Position numbers and translations under genes: made by a program
NCBI GenBank assembly: GCA_965206745.1
Contig: OZ242220.1
Span: forward strand, 1,696,001-1,760,000
Origin: Nitrosopumilus sp.
Lineage (GTDB): Archaea; Thermoproteota; Nitrososphaeria; Nitrososphaerales; Nitrosopumilaceae
Direction of reading: 5' to 3'
Length of the DNA stretch: 64,000 bases
The notes under the pieces: model-generated
Seen by the model: only the letters and a program-made list of their open reading frames with translations
Told to the model about the DNA's origin: nothing
The model's database searches: none
Shown here: positions 37,492 through 46,229 of the stretch, in pieces
How positions within the stretch are numbered: the first letter of the stretch is position 1
How the letters are laid out: each line of letters begins with the position of its first letter

Positions 37492-37686
37492 TTAATTGCT
37501 ACAGACTTGTTGGAATTTGATGTTTCTTTCCACTAGGGCATCATGTGCATCCTTGGCAATTTCAATCGTGTCAATGCCCACGCCTTTGAATGCAAAGCTT
37601 GCATGCAATAGGAATCCTATTGCCTTTGTCTTTTCTTCCTTGCTGGTAAAAGTAATCGTATGTGTCCTGCCGGTTCTCACACTCAT
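37492..37686 (-). CDS. Small hypothetical protein, 64 aa
   Basis: Plausible composition; TTTTATAA about 25 nt upstream. Confidence 0.55.
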   Translation of the reverse strand: MSVRTGRTHTITFTSKEEKTKAIGFLLHASFAFKGVGIDTIEIAKDAHDALVERNIKFQQVCSN

Positions 37687-37833
37687 GAATATAACGAGTA
37701 TAATTGTTATAAAAAGAATAGCCTACTTTTCCACGCATTAGATGCAGCAAACCTGATCAAAGCGTACCCAGACCTGCCGACTCTCAAAGACCCGGATATT
37801 CAAAAACACCAGAGCAAAAATACAAGACGAATC

Positions 37834-39360
37834 TCAGAGGACAGAGTCCTTGGTCTTAAAGACGCGCTTAAAGTAGTCAGATGCCTCCTTTGGCTCCTCA
37901 ATGTCGTTTGTGATGCCTGCAAGGTTCTTTGCCAGATTCTTTTTGTAGCCTACCTGCATCTGCCTCTGAATCTGGATTCTCTGCGCCTGCGGCGAGCCGG
38001 CACCGTGCATCGACTCTGTAAGGTATCCCACTGCGTTTCGTCCCAGGGTCATATTCTCAATGAGCCTCAGAATCCTCATCCTATTCTCCACATCAACACC
38101 CTTTCTTCCCACAAGGTACTTTCGAAGCATCGGCCCCGCCTCAGGATGCCTAAAGTCCTTCTCAGAGGGCAGCGTCACTACCAGTCCGCCTGCGATGTCC
38201 TGTGCCAGCCTGCTGATCTCGTATGGGAACCGGGTTACGTTGTGCTTGCAGACCTGTGCAAGCATGTCATCGTTCAGATAGACGCCGGACTTCATCTGTT
38301 GTCCCTGGTATGATGATGCAATTCCTGCAGCAAAGATAGTCTCATTGAGGTGCGTCATCTCTGTAATCTTGTCCTTGATGTGCGATACTGTAGGGACGCC
38401 GTTGTAATCTGCAATCGTGGCTGCAGCACCAATGAGCACGTCACCGAGGCCAGTCTTGCAGACATAGCTGCGCCGGTGATAGCATGTAAACCTCTCGACA
38501 AGCATGGATGCAAACTCGTACTCCCCATGCATGAATATCTTGTCCCACGGAATAAACACCCTCTCAAGAATCATCAGGGCCTCCTGGCCGCCAAACTTTG
38601 CATTACCGTCATCAATGTCGCCCTCCTCCATGCTGCGCGTGTCGCAGGACTGCCTGCCGTAAATGTAGGTGATGCCCTTGGCATCTGCAGGTACTGCGCC
38701 GACTATTGCCCAGTCCTTGTCATCTAAAGTCAGCCTGATTGTCGGCATGAGAATTATCCAGTGGGAGTTGATGCATCCGGTCTGGTGGGCCTTTGCACCT
38801 GAGACATAGACGCCCTTTTCGTCCCTGTCCACAATCCTTGTAAACAGATCAGGATCATCCTGCTGTGCCGGACCCTTGCTTCTGTCCCCCTTTGGATCAG
38901 TCATCGCCCCGCCGATGACGAGGTTCTCCTGCTGGACCATCTTTACAAACTCTAGGAACCGCTTGTGATAGTCAGTGCCGTGCTTTTCGTCAATCTCAAA
39001 TGTGGTAGAGTGCAGAGAGTTTAACGCATCCATGCCGACGCACCTCTGGAAGCATGTTCCGGTGTTCTGTCCGAGCTTTCTCTGCATCTTGTTTTGTAAA
39101 ACCAAATCCTCTGCGCTCTCTGCAATGTGTAAAAATCTGTTAACCTTCAGTCCGGTAATCTTTGAATCAGCAGATGCCAGGGCCTCCTCGCGCACTGCAA
39201 GATCATAGGTCTCTGCAACTGCGTTAATTGAGGGCCTGATCATCGGATGATCCACTGGTTCTGAGACCAGCTGGCCAAATAGGTAGATTTTGAGATCCCG
39301 TCCCCTGAGGCTTTCAATGTAGTCATTTCCAGTCCTAATTGTCTTCAAGACATTAGCCAT
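37834..39360 (-). CDS. abfD: 4-hydroxybutyryl-CoA dehydratase (3HP/4HB carbon fixation)
   Basis: GTCFQRCVGMDA (Fe-S cysteines), AMTDPKGDRS, CYHRRSYVCK, ESMHGAGSPQAQ; Nmar_0207-type. Confidence 0.97.
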   Translation of the reverse strand: MANVLKTIRTGNDYIESLRGRDLKIYLFGQLVSEPVDHPMIRPSINAVAETYDLAVREEALASADSKITGLKVNRFLHIAESAEDLVLQNKMQRKLGQNTGTCFQRCVGMDALNSLHSTTFEIDEKHGTDYHKRFLEFVKMVQQENLVIGGAMTDPKGDRSKGPAQQDDPDLFTRIVDRDEKGVYVSGAKAHQTGCINSHWIILMPTIRLTLDDKDWAIVGAVPADAKGITYIYGRQSCDTRSMEEGDIDDGNAKFGGQEALMILERVFIPWDKIFMHGEYEFASMLVERFTCYHRRSYVCKTGLGDVLIGAAATIADYNGVPTVSHIKDKITEMTHLNETIFAAGIASSYQGQQMKSGVYLNDDMLAQVCKHNVTRFPYEISRLAQDIAGGLVVTLPSEKDFRHPEAGPMLRKYLVGRKGVDVENRMRILRLIENMTLGRNAVGYLTESMHGAGSPQAQRIQIQRQMQVGYKKNLAKNLAGITNDIEEPKEASDYFKRVFKTKDSVL

Positions 39361-39384
39361 GTAACATCAGTTACCTCGGTGTCG

Positions 39385-39392
39385 TATAAATA
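39385..39392 (-). promoter_or_regulatory. Archaeal TATA box for the 4HB-CoA dehydratase gene
   Basis: TATTTATA about 25 nt upstream of the ATG (leaderless spacing). Confidence 0.6.
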
Positions 39393-39433
39393 TTCTAAAC
39401 TGCCGTTTGGCAGCATCTAGGAGTGAGTCGCGA

Positions 39434-41527
39434 TCAGAGGCCTATGCGGACATCGAGAATTCTGCAGCCCCTGCCCTTCTCCATGACTAGCACGGGGTTC
39501 ATGTCAAGCTCCTTGATCTCTGCAAAGTCCGAGACCAGCTGGGAGAGTCTCTGGATGCACTCGGAGAGTTTTATAATATCAGATGGCCTCTCGCCCCTGA
39601 CGCCCTGGAGCAGCTTTTGGGTCCTAATTGATGCAATCATGTCGTCAGCCTCCATGTCAGTTACCGGTGCAAGCTTGAATGTGACATCCTTGAGGACCTC
39701 GACATAGATTCCCCCCATGCCAAGCATGATGACAGGTCCAAAGCCCGGCTCCAGCTTTGAGCCTATGATGAGTTCCTTGCCGCCCTTTACCATCTCAACT
39801 ATCAGGACGCCCTTGATCTCAGCCTTTTTGTCATATCTCTTGGCATTTTTAATTATAGTTTTGAATGCGGACCGGACCTCTGCATCGCTTGCCAGGTTTA
39901 CCTTTACGCCGCCTGCATCAGACTTGTGAATTATCTGCGGGGATGCAATCTTCATGACTATAGGATAGCCGATCTTTCTTGCAGTGTTTACGGCCTCTGC
40001 TTCTGTGGTTGCAAGCGCGCTCTTTGGCAGCGGCAGTCCGTAGGCCTTTAGAATTTGCTGTCCCTCCTCCTCTAGCAGGTTTGGCCTGCCCTCCTCCATG
40101 GCCTTCTCAAAGATCTTTTGCGCCCTTGCCTTGTTGACTTTGAACTTTGTAATCTTGCCGCTTGGAGACTTTGTCCAGTTTGAGAACCTGATCATTGCAG
40201 AGAGGGTCCTGATTGCGCCCTCTGCATAATTATAATACGGGACGTCCCCCTTTGCGAGAATCTCCCTGTTTGTGATCCCCTCATCCAGCCCCATCAGGCT
40301 TGCAAGCATTGTCTTTTTGTATCTCTTTGACATTGCAACTATGACCTCTGCGAGCTTGTCATAGTCAAGCGTACCTGACGGGGTACACATTGAGATGACC
40401 GAGCCCACCTTGGGATGCTGCAGCACGCGGTCAAGGACGTTGTGGAACCTGTTAAAGTCGGCATCACCTACAATGTCAACGGGGTTTCTAGAGCTTCCCC
40501 AGGGGGGAATTACAGCATCAATCTTTTTTCTCACACTAGTAATGTCTGCCATCCTCACCTTCAGCTTTGAGCACGCATCAGTTGAGATGATTGCAGGACC
40601 ACCTGCATTTGATACAATCACGAGATCGCCTGATGGAAGCGGCTGCTTTGAGAAGGCAGTCGCATAGTCAAAGAGTTCCTCCATGGTATCAACCCGTATG
40701 GCGCCGGACTGCCTTAGCAGCGCATCGTAAATCTCATCAGAGCCCATCAGGGCGCCGGTATGGGACATTGCAGCCTTTGCACCCTCCGGACTGCGTCCCG
40801 ACTTTAGCACAAGGACAGGTTTTTTGAGCTTTTTAGTTATACGCTTGCAGACCTTGAGAAACTCCTGGCCGTTACCCATGTCCTCAAGGTACATTACGAT
40901 TACCTCAGTCTGCTTGTGATCTGCGAGAATTTTGAGGATCTCAACCTCGCTCATCACTGCCTTGTTCCCGAGACTTACAACTGCAGAAAAGCCGATTCCC
41001 TGCGCGCTGGCATCCTCGACTAGGGCTGCACATATTGCGCCGCTCTGTGAGACAAGGGCGATCTTGCCTGATTTTGGGGTCACTTTGAGGAACGTCGAGT
41101 TCATCATCGTCTTTGGATCAAGGTTCATGACCCCGAGGCAGTTGGGTCCGATTATTTGGATGTTGTACTTTTTGGCTATACTTTTAATCTCCTCCTCGCG
41201 CCTTGCCCCCTCCTCGTCGACCTCCTTGAAGCCGGCAGTGATTATTATGACGCCCTTGATCTTTTTTCTTCCGCACTCCTCTAGTACCGGTGCGACCAGC
41301 GTGTTCTTAATCACAATGACTGCAAGATCGATGGGCTTTGGGACATCCAGGACGGTCTTGTATGCCTTCTTGTAAAAGACCTTCTCCCGGGACGGGCTGA
41401 TTGGATAGACTGTTCCCTGAAAGCCGTTAATGATATTTGAGGTGATGGTGGCACCGACGCTTCCCCTCTTGTCAGATGCGCCAATTACTGCAATGGATTT
41501 TGGTGATAGTATAACGGACTCTGCCAT
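39434..41527 (-). CDS. 4-hydroxybutyryl-CoA synthetase (ADP-forming acyl-CoA ligase)
   Basis: PKSIAVIGAS, GPNCLG, SQSGA, SHTGAL, NAGG, HKSDAGGV, ELDMNP; adjacent to the dehydratase as in Nmar_0206/0207. Confidence 0.93.
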   Translation of the reverse strand: MAESVILSPKSIAVIGASDKRGSVGATITSNIINGFQGTVYPISPSREKVFYKKAYKTVLDVPKPIDLAVIVIKNTLVAPVLEECGRKKIKGVIIITAGFKEVDEEGARREEEIKSIAKKYNIQIIGPNCLGVMNLDPKTMMNSTFLKVTPKSGKIALVSQSGAICAALVEDASAQGIGFSAVVSLGNKAVMSEVEILKILADHKQTEVIVMYLEDMGNGQEFLKVCKRITKKLKKPVLVLKSGRSPEGAKAAMSHTGALMGSDEIYDALLRQSGAIRVDTMEELFDYATAFSKQPLPSGDLVIVSNAGGPAIISTDACSKLKVRMADITSVRKKIDAVIPPWGSSRNPVDIVGDADFNRFHNVLDRVLQHPKVGSVISMCTPSGTLDYDKLAEVIVAMSKRYKKTMLASLMGLDEGITNREILAKGDVPYYNYAEGAIRTLSAMIRFSNWTKSPSGKITKFKVNKARAQKIFEKAMEEGRPNLLEEEGQQILKAYGLPLPKSALATTEAEAVNTARKIGYPIVMKIASPQIIHKSDAGGVKVNLASDAEVRSAFKTIIKNAKRYDKKAEIKGVLIVEMVKGGKELIIGSKLEPGFGPVIMLGMGGIYVEVLKDVTFKLAPVTDMEADDMIASIRTQKLLQGVRGERPSDIIKLSECIQRLSQLVSDFAEIKELDMNPVLVMEKGRGCRILDVRIGL

Positions 41528-41550
41528 GTAAAGTTGAGTCCGGGATTTTG

Positions 41551-41560
41551 TATAATAAAG
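41551..41560 (-). promoter_or_regulatory. Archaeal TATA box for the 4HB-CoA synthetase gene
   Basis: CTTTATTATA about 25 nt upstream of the ATG. Confidence 0.55.
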
Positions 41561-41725
41561 TTATTCACGGCAGTTTCGTATGAGGTCAGATACTTGAAAA
41601 AACTAGGCGTGAGAATGTTTCTGACAGTGTTGATTCGTGCCTGACTAAAAGGTATAGGAATCTCATACGAAGTGTGATCTCAGTTTTGCACTATGGATTT
41701 TTGTATGCAAGTTATAATTTAATAT

Positions 41726-43723
41726 CTAGTCTGTGATTCTTTCACATTTGTCAGGTTTTAACAATATCAGGTTATAATCAAAGTCGTAACATTCTAACTT
41801 TATTTGTCCATTCTCATGGTAATGTTTGTAGTATTCCTTGATCTCATCATATTCATTATCTTCAGATGCAAGATATTTCACTTCAGTGTTTACATTTCCA
41901 TTTTCATAATAGATTTTGCCTAGGTAAGATTGTGAACTCCAACTTGCATAATATGTCCGAATGAGTTCACTTGATAATTCCCCATTATCATACCAGTTAC
42001 GCTGGAATTTTGTTTGTCCATTTTCGTGCCATTCTCCCTCACGTGATAACTGTCCATCTTCATTCCACCGTTTGTCAGATTTTATAAATCCGTTATCACC
42101 GTCATGATAATGAGTTTCCTGTTCCAAATTTCCATTTCCAAGCAGACTGTATTTTTTTTGGGTTTTTGGATTTCCGTTTTCATGGTACCACTTTTCATCT
42201 ATCAAATTTCCATTTTCATGGTAATGGGATTCAAAGAGATCCTTTGTTGATGTGTCTGTGATTGGTTTTATAGCAGGTATTGGTTTAGCTGCTCCTGGCT
42301 GTTCCTGTATTTTTGATTGTAAATGGGTCAGGGCATACTCTGGGATGTCAATGTTTTCATACCAGTCCTCCTCATAGATTAAATCCAGATGATGTTCAAA
42401 AAAGATGATCTCACCTTTCAGTGCTTCTATATTTACATATATTGTATGATTCCGACCGCCATCAGGCTCAACACAACGACCTACGTTTATAGTGCTAAAC
42501 ATAGTGCCGGCAAATACATCTAGTCGACCTGAATGGCCTGTCAAAGGATGTTCCTCAAACGATACGCAATATTCGGGATTAAGTAAATGCATGTGGTTTT
42601 TTACAAATTCGTGTGCACGTCTTTCCCGTTCAGCCCCACTTAGGACTAACTGGTAAAGCGATTCTACATTATTTGTCCAGCCATGAAAGACTATTCTTAT
42701 AGAAGGTTTGTCATCAGAGTTTACCCAATCAAAGGCAGTTACTGGTTTTATTCCTCCACGGACCTCAATCCTTTCACCTAGGGGATCACGTATGTCAGAA
42801 TTATGGAATCCGGCCTTTTCCATAAGCGAGGTGATAAATGCTTCTCGTTGATCAGGTGACATACGTTTGGATATGCCATAGGTTAGACCGTTTATTGCAT
42901 GTGGTGCATCGATATCAAATCTTGCTTCAAAAGACGCATGTTTCTTGCTCAGTGAAAACTCGTTACCTTTTTCTGTATGGTACAGATAACCACCATTAGA
43001 TTCTGCAGACGGTCTAAACATATTGGTGCCTTGCTCAGGTATGCGACATTTACCAGAAGCAACGCATGGGAATGATGATGAGTGGTCTATGAATGTTATT
43101 TTATCATCATTGGCTTCTGCTATGCGTTGCATTACAATTTCGGCATCTGCAAATGGCATGGGAAACCACACCGCATCAGGGTCTGGCAGCTTTGGGGCAT
43201 ACTTTGTGGTTATATGGCCACCAGCTAGTAGATACGCGATATCATTTTCAGGGGAAGATTCTGCTCGGGGTGCTGTTGTGTCAAGGGGTGCTGTTGTGTC
43301 AAGGGGTGCTGTTGTGTCAAGGGGTGCTGTTGTGTCAAGGGGTGCTGTTGTGTCAAGGGGTGCTGTTGTGTCAAGGGGTGCTGTTGTGTCAAGGGGTGCT
43401 GTTGTGTCAAGGGGTGCTGTGTTAGGGGGTGCTGCTGTGTCAAGGGGTTCTGCAATGTCGGATATCCCTTGAGGTTCAGGGGTTGGCTCGACTTGTATAA
43501 TGCTCCATCCCCGCACAAGGAGTCTTTCCAAAGTGGGATCAAAGACGCATGCAGGCTTGCCTACAGGTGACTGTATGAGGGTCTTTTCCTCACTGCATTG
43601 AATCTGGTTTATGGGAGTACCGTTTTTGAGTTGTTCCCGCGGCGATGATTCGGCATATGCCGGGGCAACCATCATTCCTACAAATAGCACTGCAAAGAGT
43701 GCCAGCATTGCATTTCTAGCCAA
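41726..43723 (-). CDS. Secreted multidomain protein: C..PACV..GW module, PLDTTA stalk, C-terminal MORN/YwqK-like repeats
   Basis: Signal peptide; repeated YHENG, WYDNG and YYENG units. Confidence 0.85.
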   Translation of the reverse strand: MARNAMLALFAVLFVGMMVAPAYAESSPREQLKNGTPINQIQCSEEKTLIQSPVGKPACVFDPTLERLLVRGWSIIQVEPTPEPQGISDIAEPLDTAAPPNTAPLDTTAPLDTTAPLDTTAPLDTTAPLDTTAPLDTTAPLDTTAPLDTTAPRAESSPENDIAYLLAGGHITTKYAPKLPDPDAVWFPMPFADAEIVMQRIAEANDDKITFIDHSSSFPCVASGKCRIPEQGTNMFRPSAESNGGYLYHTEKGNEFSLSKKHASFEARFDIDAPHAINGLTYGISKRMSPDQREAFITSLMEKAGFHNSDIRDPLGERIEVRGGIKPVTAFDWVNSDDKPSIRIVFHGWTNNVESLYQLVLSGAERERRAHEFVKNHMHLLNPEYCVSFEEHPLTGHSGRLDVFAGTMFSTINVGRCVEPDGGRNHTIYVNIEALKGEIIFFEHHLDLIYEEDWYENIDIPEYALTHLQSKIQEQPGAAKPIPAIKPITDTSTKDLFESHYHENGNLIDEKWYHENGNPKTQKKYSLLGNGNLEQETHYHDGDNGFIKSDKRWNEDGQLSREGEWHENGQTKFQRNWYDNGELSSELIRTYYASWSSQSYLGKIYYENGNVNTEVKYLASEDNEYDEIKEYYKHYHENGQIKLECYDFDYNLILLKPDKCERITD
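43267..43418. repeat. Coding 18-bp VNTR (PLDTTA, about 8 copies)
   Basis: Tandem GGGGTGCTGTTGTGTCAA. Confidence 0.9.
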
Positions 43724-43921
43724 TACAGATTTGTAAGATCTATGGTATTAAAGCAAGGCGAAGCTAAAATCGTATGAGGTCAGATATTCAAAAAAAACTA
43801 GGCGTGAGAATGTTTCTGACAGTGTTGATTCGTGCCTGACTAAAAGGTATAGTGGACCCCATACGAAATGAGATCTCAGTTTTGCACTATGGATTTTTGT
43901 ATGCAAGTTATAATTTAACAT

Positions 43922-45940
43922 CTAGTCTGTGATTCTTTCACATTTGTCAGGTTTTAACAATATCAGGCTATAATCAAAGTCGTAACATTCTAACTTTATT
44001 TGTCCATCCTCATGGTAGTGTTTATAGTATTCTTTGGTCATGTGATTCTCCGATCTAACATATTTCACTTCAGTGTTTACATTTCCATTTTCATAATAGA
44101 TTTTGACTAGATGAGATTGTGATTTCCAATTTTCATCCCATGTCCGAATGACGTCACTTGATAATTCCCCATTATCATACCAGTTACGCTGAAATTTTGT
44201 TTGTCCATTTTCATGCCATTCTCCCTCACTTGATAACTGTCCAACTTCATTCCACCGTTTGTCAGATTTTATAAATCCGTTATCACCATCATGATAATGA
44301 GTTTCCTGTTCCAAATTTCCATTTCCAAGCAGACTGTATTTTTTTTGGGTTTTTGGATTTCCGTTTTCATGGTACCATTTCTCATCTATCAAATTTCCAT
44401 TTTCATGATAACGGGATTCAAAGAGATCTTTTACTATTGATGTGTCTGTGATTGGTTTTATAGCAGGTATTGACTTGGCTGTTCCTGGCTGTTCCTGTAT
44501 TTTTGATTGTAAATGGGTCAGGGCGTACTCTGGGATGTCAATTTTTTCATACCAGTCCTCCTCATAGATTAAATTCAAATGATGTTTAAAAAAGACGATC
44601 TCACCTTTCAGTGTTTCTATATTTACATATATTTGATGATTCCGACCACCATCAGGCTCAACACAACGACCTACGTTTACGGTGCTAAACATAGTGCCAG
44701 CAAATACATCTAGTGTACCTGAACGGCCTGACAAAGGATGTTCCTCAAATGATACGCAATATTCGGGATTAAGTAGATGCATATGGTTTTTTACAAATTC
44801 GTGTGCACGTCTTTCCAGTTCAGCCCCATTTAGAGTTGACTGGAAAAGTGGTTCTGCATTATTTGTCCAGCCATCAAAGACTATTCTTGTAGAAGGTTTG
44901 TCATCAGAGTTTACCCAATCAAAGGCAGTTACTGATTTTATTCCTCCATAGACATCAACTCTTTCACCTAAGGGATTATGTATGTCAGAATTATGGAATC
45001 CGGCCTTTTCCATAAGCGAGGTGATAAACGCTTCTCGTTGATCAGGTGACATACGTTTGGATATGCCATATGTTATACCGTTTATTGCATGTGGTGCGTC
45101 GATATCAAAGCTTGCCTCAAAAGATGCATGTTTCTTGCTCAGTGAAAACTCGTTACCTTTTTCTGTATGGTACAGATAACCACCATTAGATTCTGCAGAC
45201 GGTCTAAACATATTGGTGCCTTGCTCAGGTATGCGACATTTGCCAGAAGCAACGCATGGGAATGATGATGAGTGGTCTATGAATATTATTTTATCATCAT
45301 TGGCTTTTGCTATGCGTTGCATTACAATTTCAGCATCTGCAAATGGCATGGGAAACCACACCGCATCAGGGTCTGGCAGCTTTGGGGCATACTTTGTGGT
45401 TATATGGCCACCAGCTAGTAGGTACGCGATATCATTTTCAGGGGAAGATTCTGCTCGGGGTGCTGTTGTGTTAGGGGGTGCTGTGTCAAGAGGTGCTGTG
45501 TCAAGAGGTGCTGTGTCAAGAGGTGCTGTGTCAAGAGGTGCTGTGTCAAGAGGTGCTGTGTCAAGAGGTGCTGTGTCAAGAGGTGCTGTGTCAAGAGGTG
45601 CTGTGTCAAGGGGTGCTGCTGTGTTAGGGGGTGCTGTGTCAAGAGGTGCTGTTGTGTCAAGGGGTTCTGCAATGTCGGATATCCCTTGAGGTTCAGGGGT
45701 TGGCTCGACTTGTATGATGCTCCATCCCCGCACAAGGAGTCTTTCCAAAGTGGGATCAAAGACGCATGCAGGCTTGCCTACGGGTGACTGTATGAGGGTC
45801 TTTTTCTCACTGCACTGAATCTGGTTTATGGGAATGCCGTCTTTGAGTTGTTCCCGTGGCGATGATTCGGCATATGCTGGAATAATCATCATTCCTACAA
45901 ATAGCACTGCAAAGAGTGCCAGCATTGCATTTCTAGCCAA
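43922..45940 (-). CDS. Paralog of 41726..43723
   Basis: Same architecture, with long identical stretches. Confidence 0.85.
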   Translation of the reverse strand: MARNAMLALFAVLFVGMMIIPAYAESSPREQLKDGIPINQIQCSEKKTLIQSPVGKPACVFDPTLERLLVRGWSIIQVEPTPEPQGISDIAEPLDTTAPLDTAPPNTAAPLDTAPLDTAPLDTAPLDTAPLDTAPLDTAPLDTAPLDTAPLDTAPPNTTAPRAESSPENDIAYLLAGGHITTKYAPKLPDPDAVWFPMPFADAEIVMQRIAKANDDKIIFIDHSSSFPCVASGKCRIPEQGTNMFRPSAESNGGYLYHTEKGNEFSLSKKHASFEASFDIDAPHAINGITYGISKRMSPDQREAFITSLMEKAGFHNSDIHNPLGERVDVYGGIKSVTAFDWVNSDDKPSTRIVFDGWTNNAEPLFQSTLNGAELERRAHEFVKNHMHLLNPEYCVSFEEHPLSGRSGTLDVFAGTMFSTVNVGRCVEPDGGRNHQIYVNIETLKGEIVFFKHHLNLIYEEDWYEKIDIPEYALTHLQSKIQEQPGTAKSIPAIKPITDTSIVKDLFESRYHENGNLIDEKWYHENGNPKTQKKYSLLGNGNLEQETHYHDGDNGFIKSDKRWNEVGQLSSEGEWHENGQTKFQRNWYDNGELSSDVIRTWDENWKSQSHLVKIYYENGNVNTEVKYVRSENHMTKEYYKHYHEDGQIKLECYDFDYSLILLKPDKCERITD
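45477..45612. repeat. Coding 15-bp VNTR (PLDTA, about 9 copies)
   Basis: Tandem GGTGCTGTGTCAAGA. Confidence 0.9.
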
Positions 45941-46229
45941 TACAGATTTGTAAGATCTATGGTATTAAAGCAAGGCGAAGCTAATGTATGGTCACAGTTA
46001 ATGGATCATAATGCTTGTCGATAAGATTGTGAGAACAGGCAAGCCTCATATGAAATTTCTGATCCCCCAGATTCCCAGCATCCCCAATCTCTCTTCTGGG
46101 AATGCATGGATTTGAAAATTTTGCAATGATTTTACACGTCAAATGACGGGATTTCATCCTTGAAATGTGTCTTGTAGATAACCAGCACTCTGAACCATCA
46201 GGCAGGATACTCCCCGAATACGAGGCAGG

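Larger units (their letters stand above)
41577..45985. repeat. Tandem duplication of an about 2.2-kb unit (41577-43767 and 43771-45985)
   Basis: Both units start CGTATGAGGTCAGATA and end AAGCAAGGCGAAGCTAA; the intergenic DNA is also duplicated. Confidence 0.95.

Noticed and set aside
37660-41375. Plus-strand ORFs over the carbon-fixation genes
   Set aside because: Antisense shadows of the dehydratase and synthetase.
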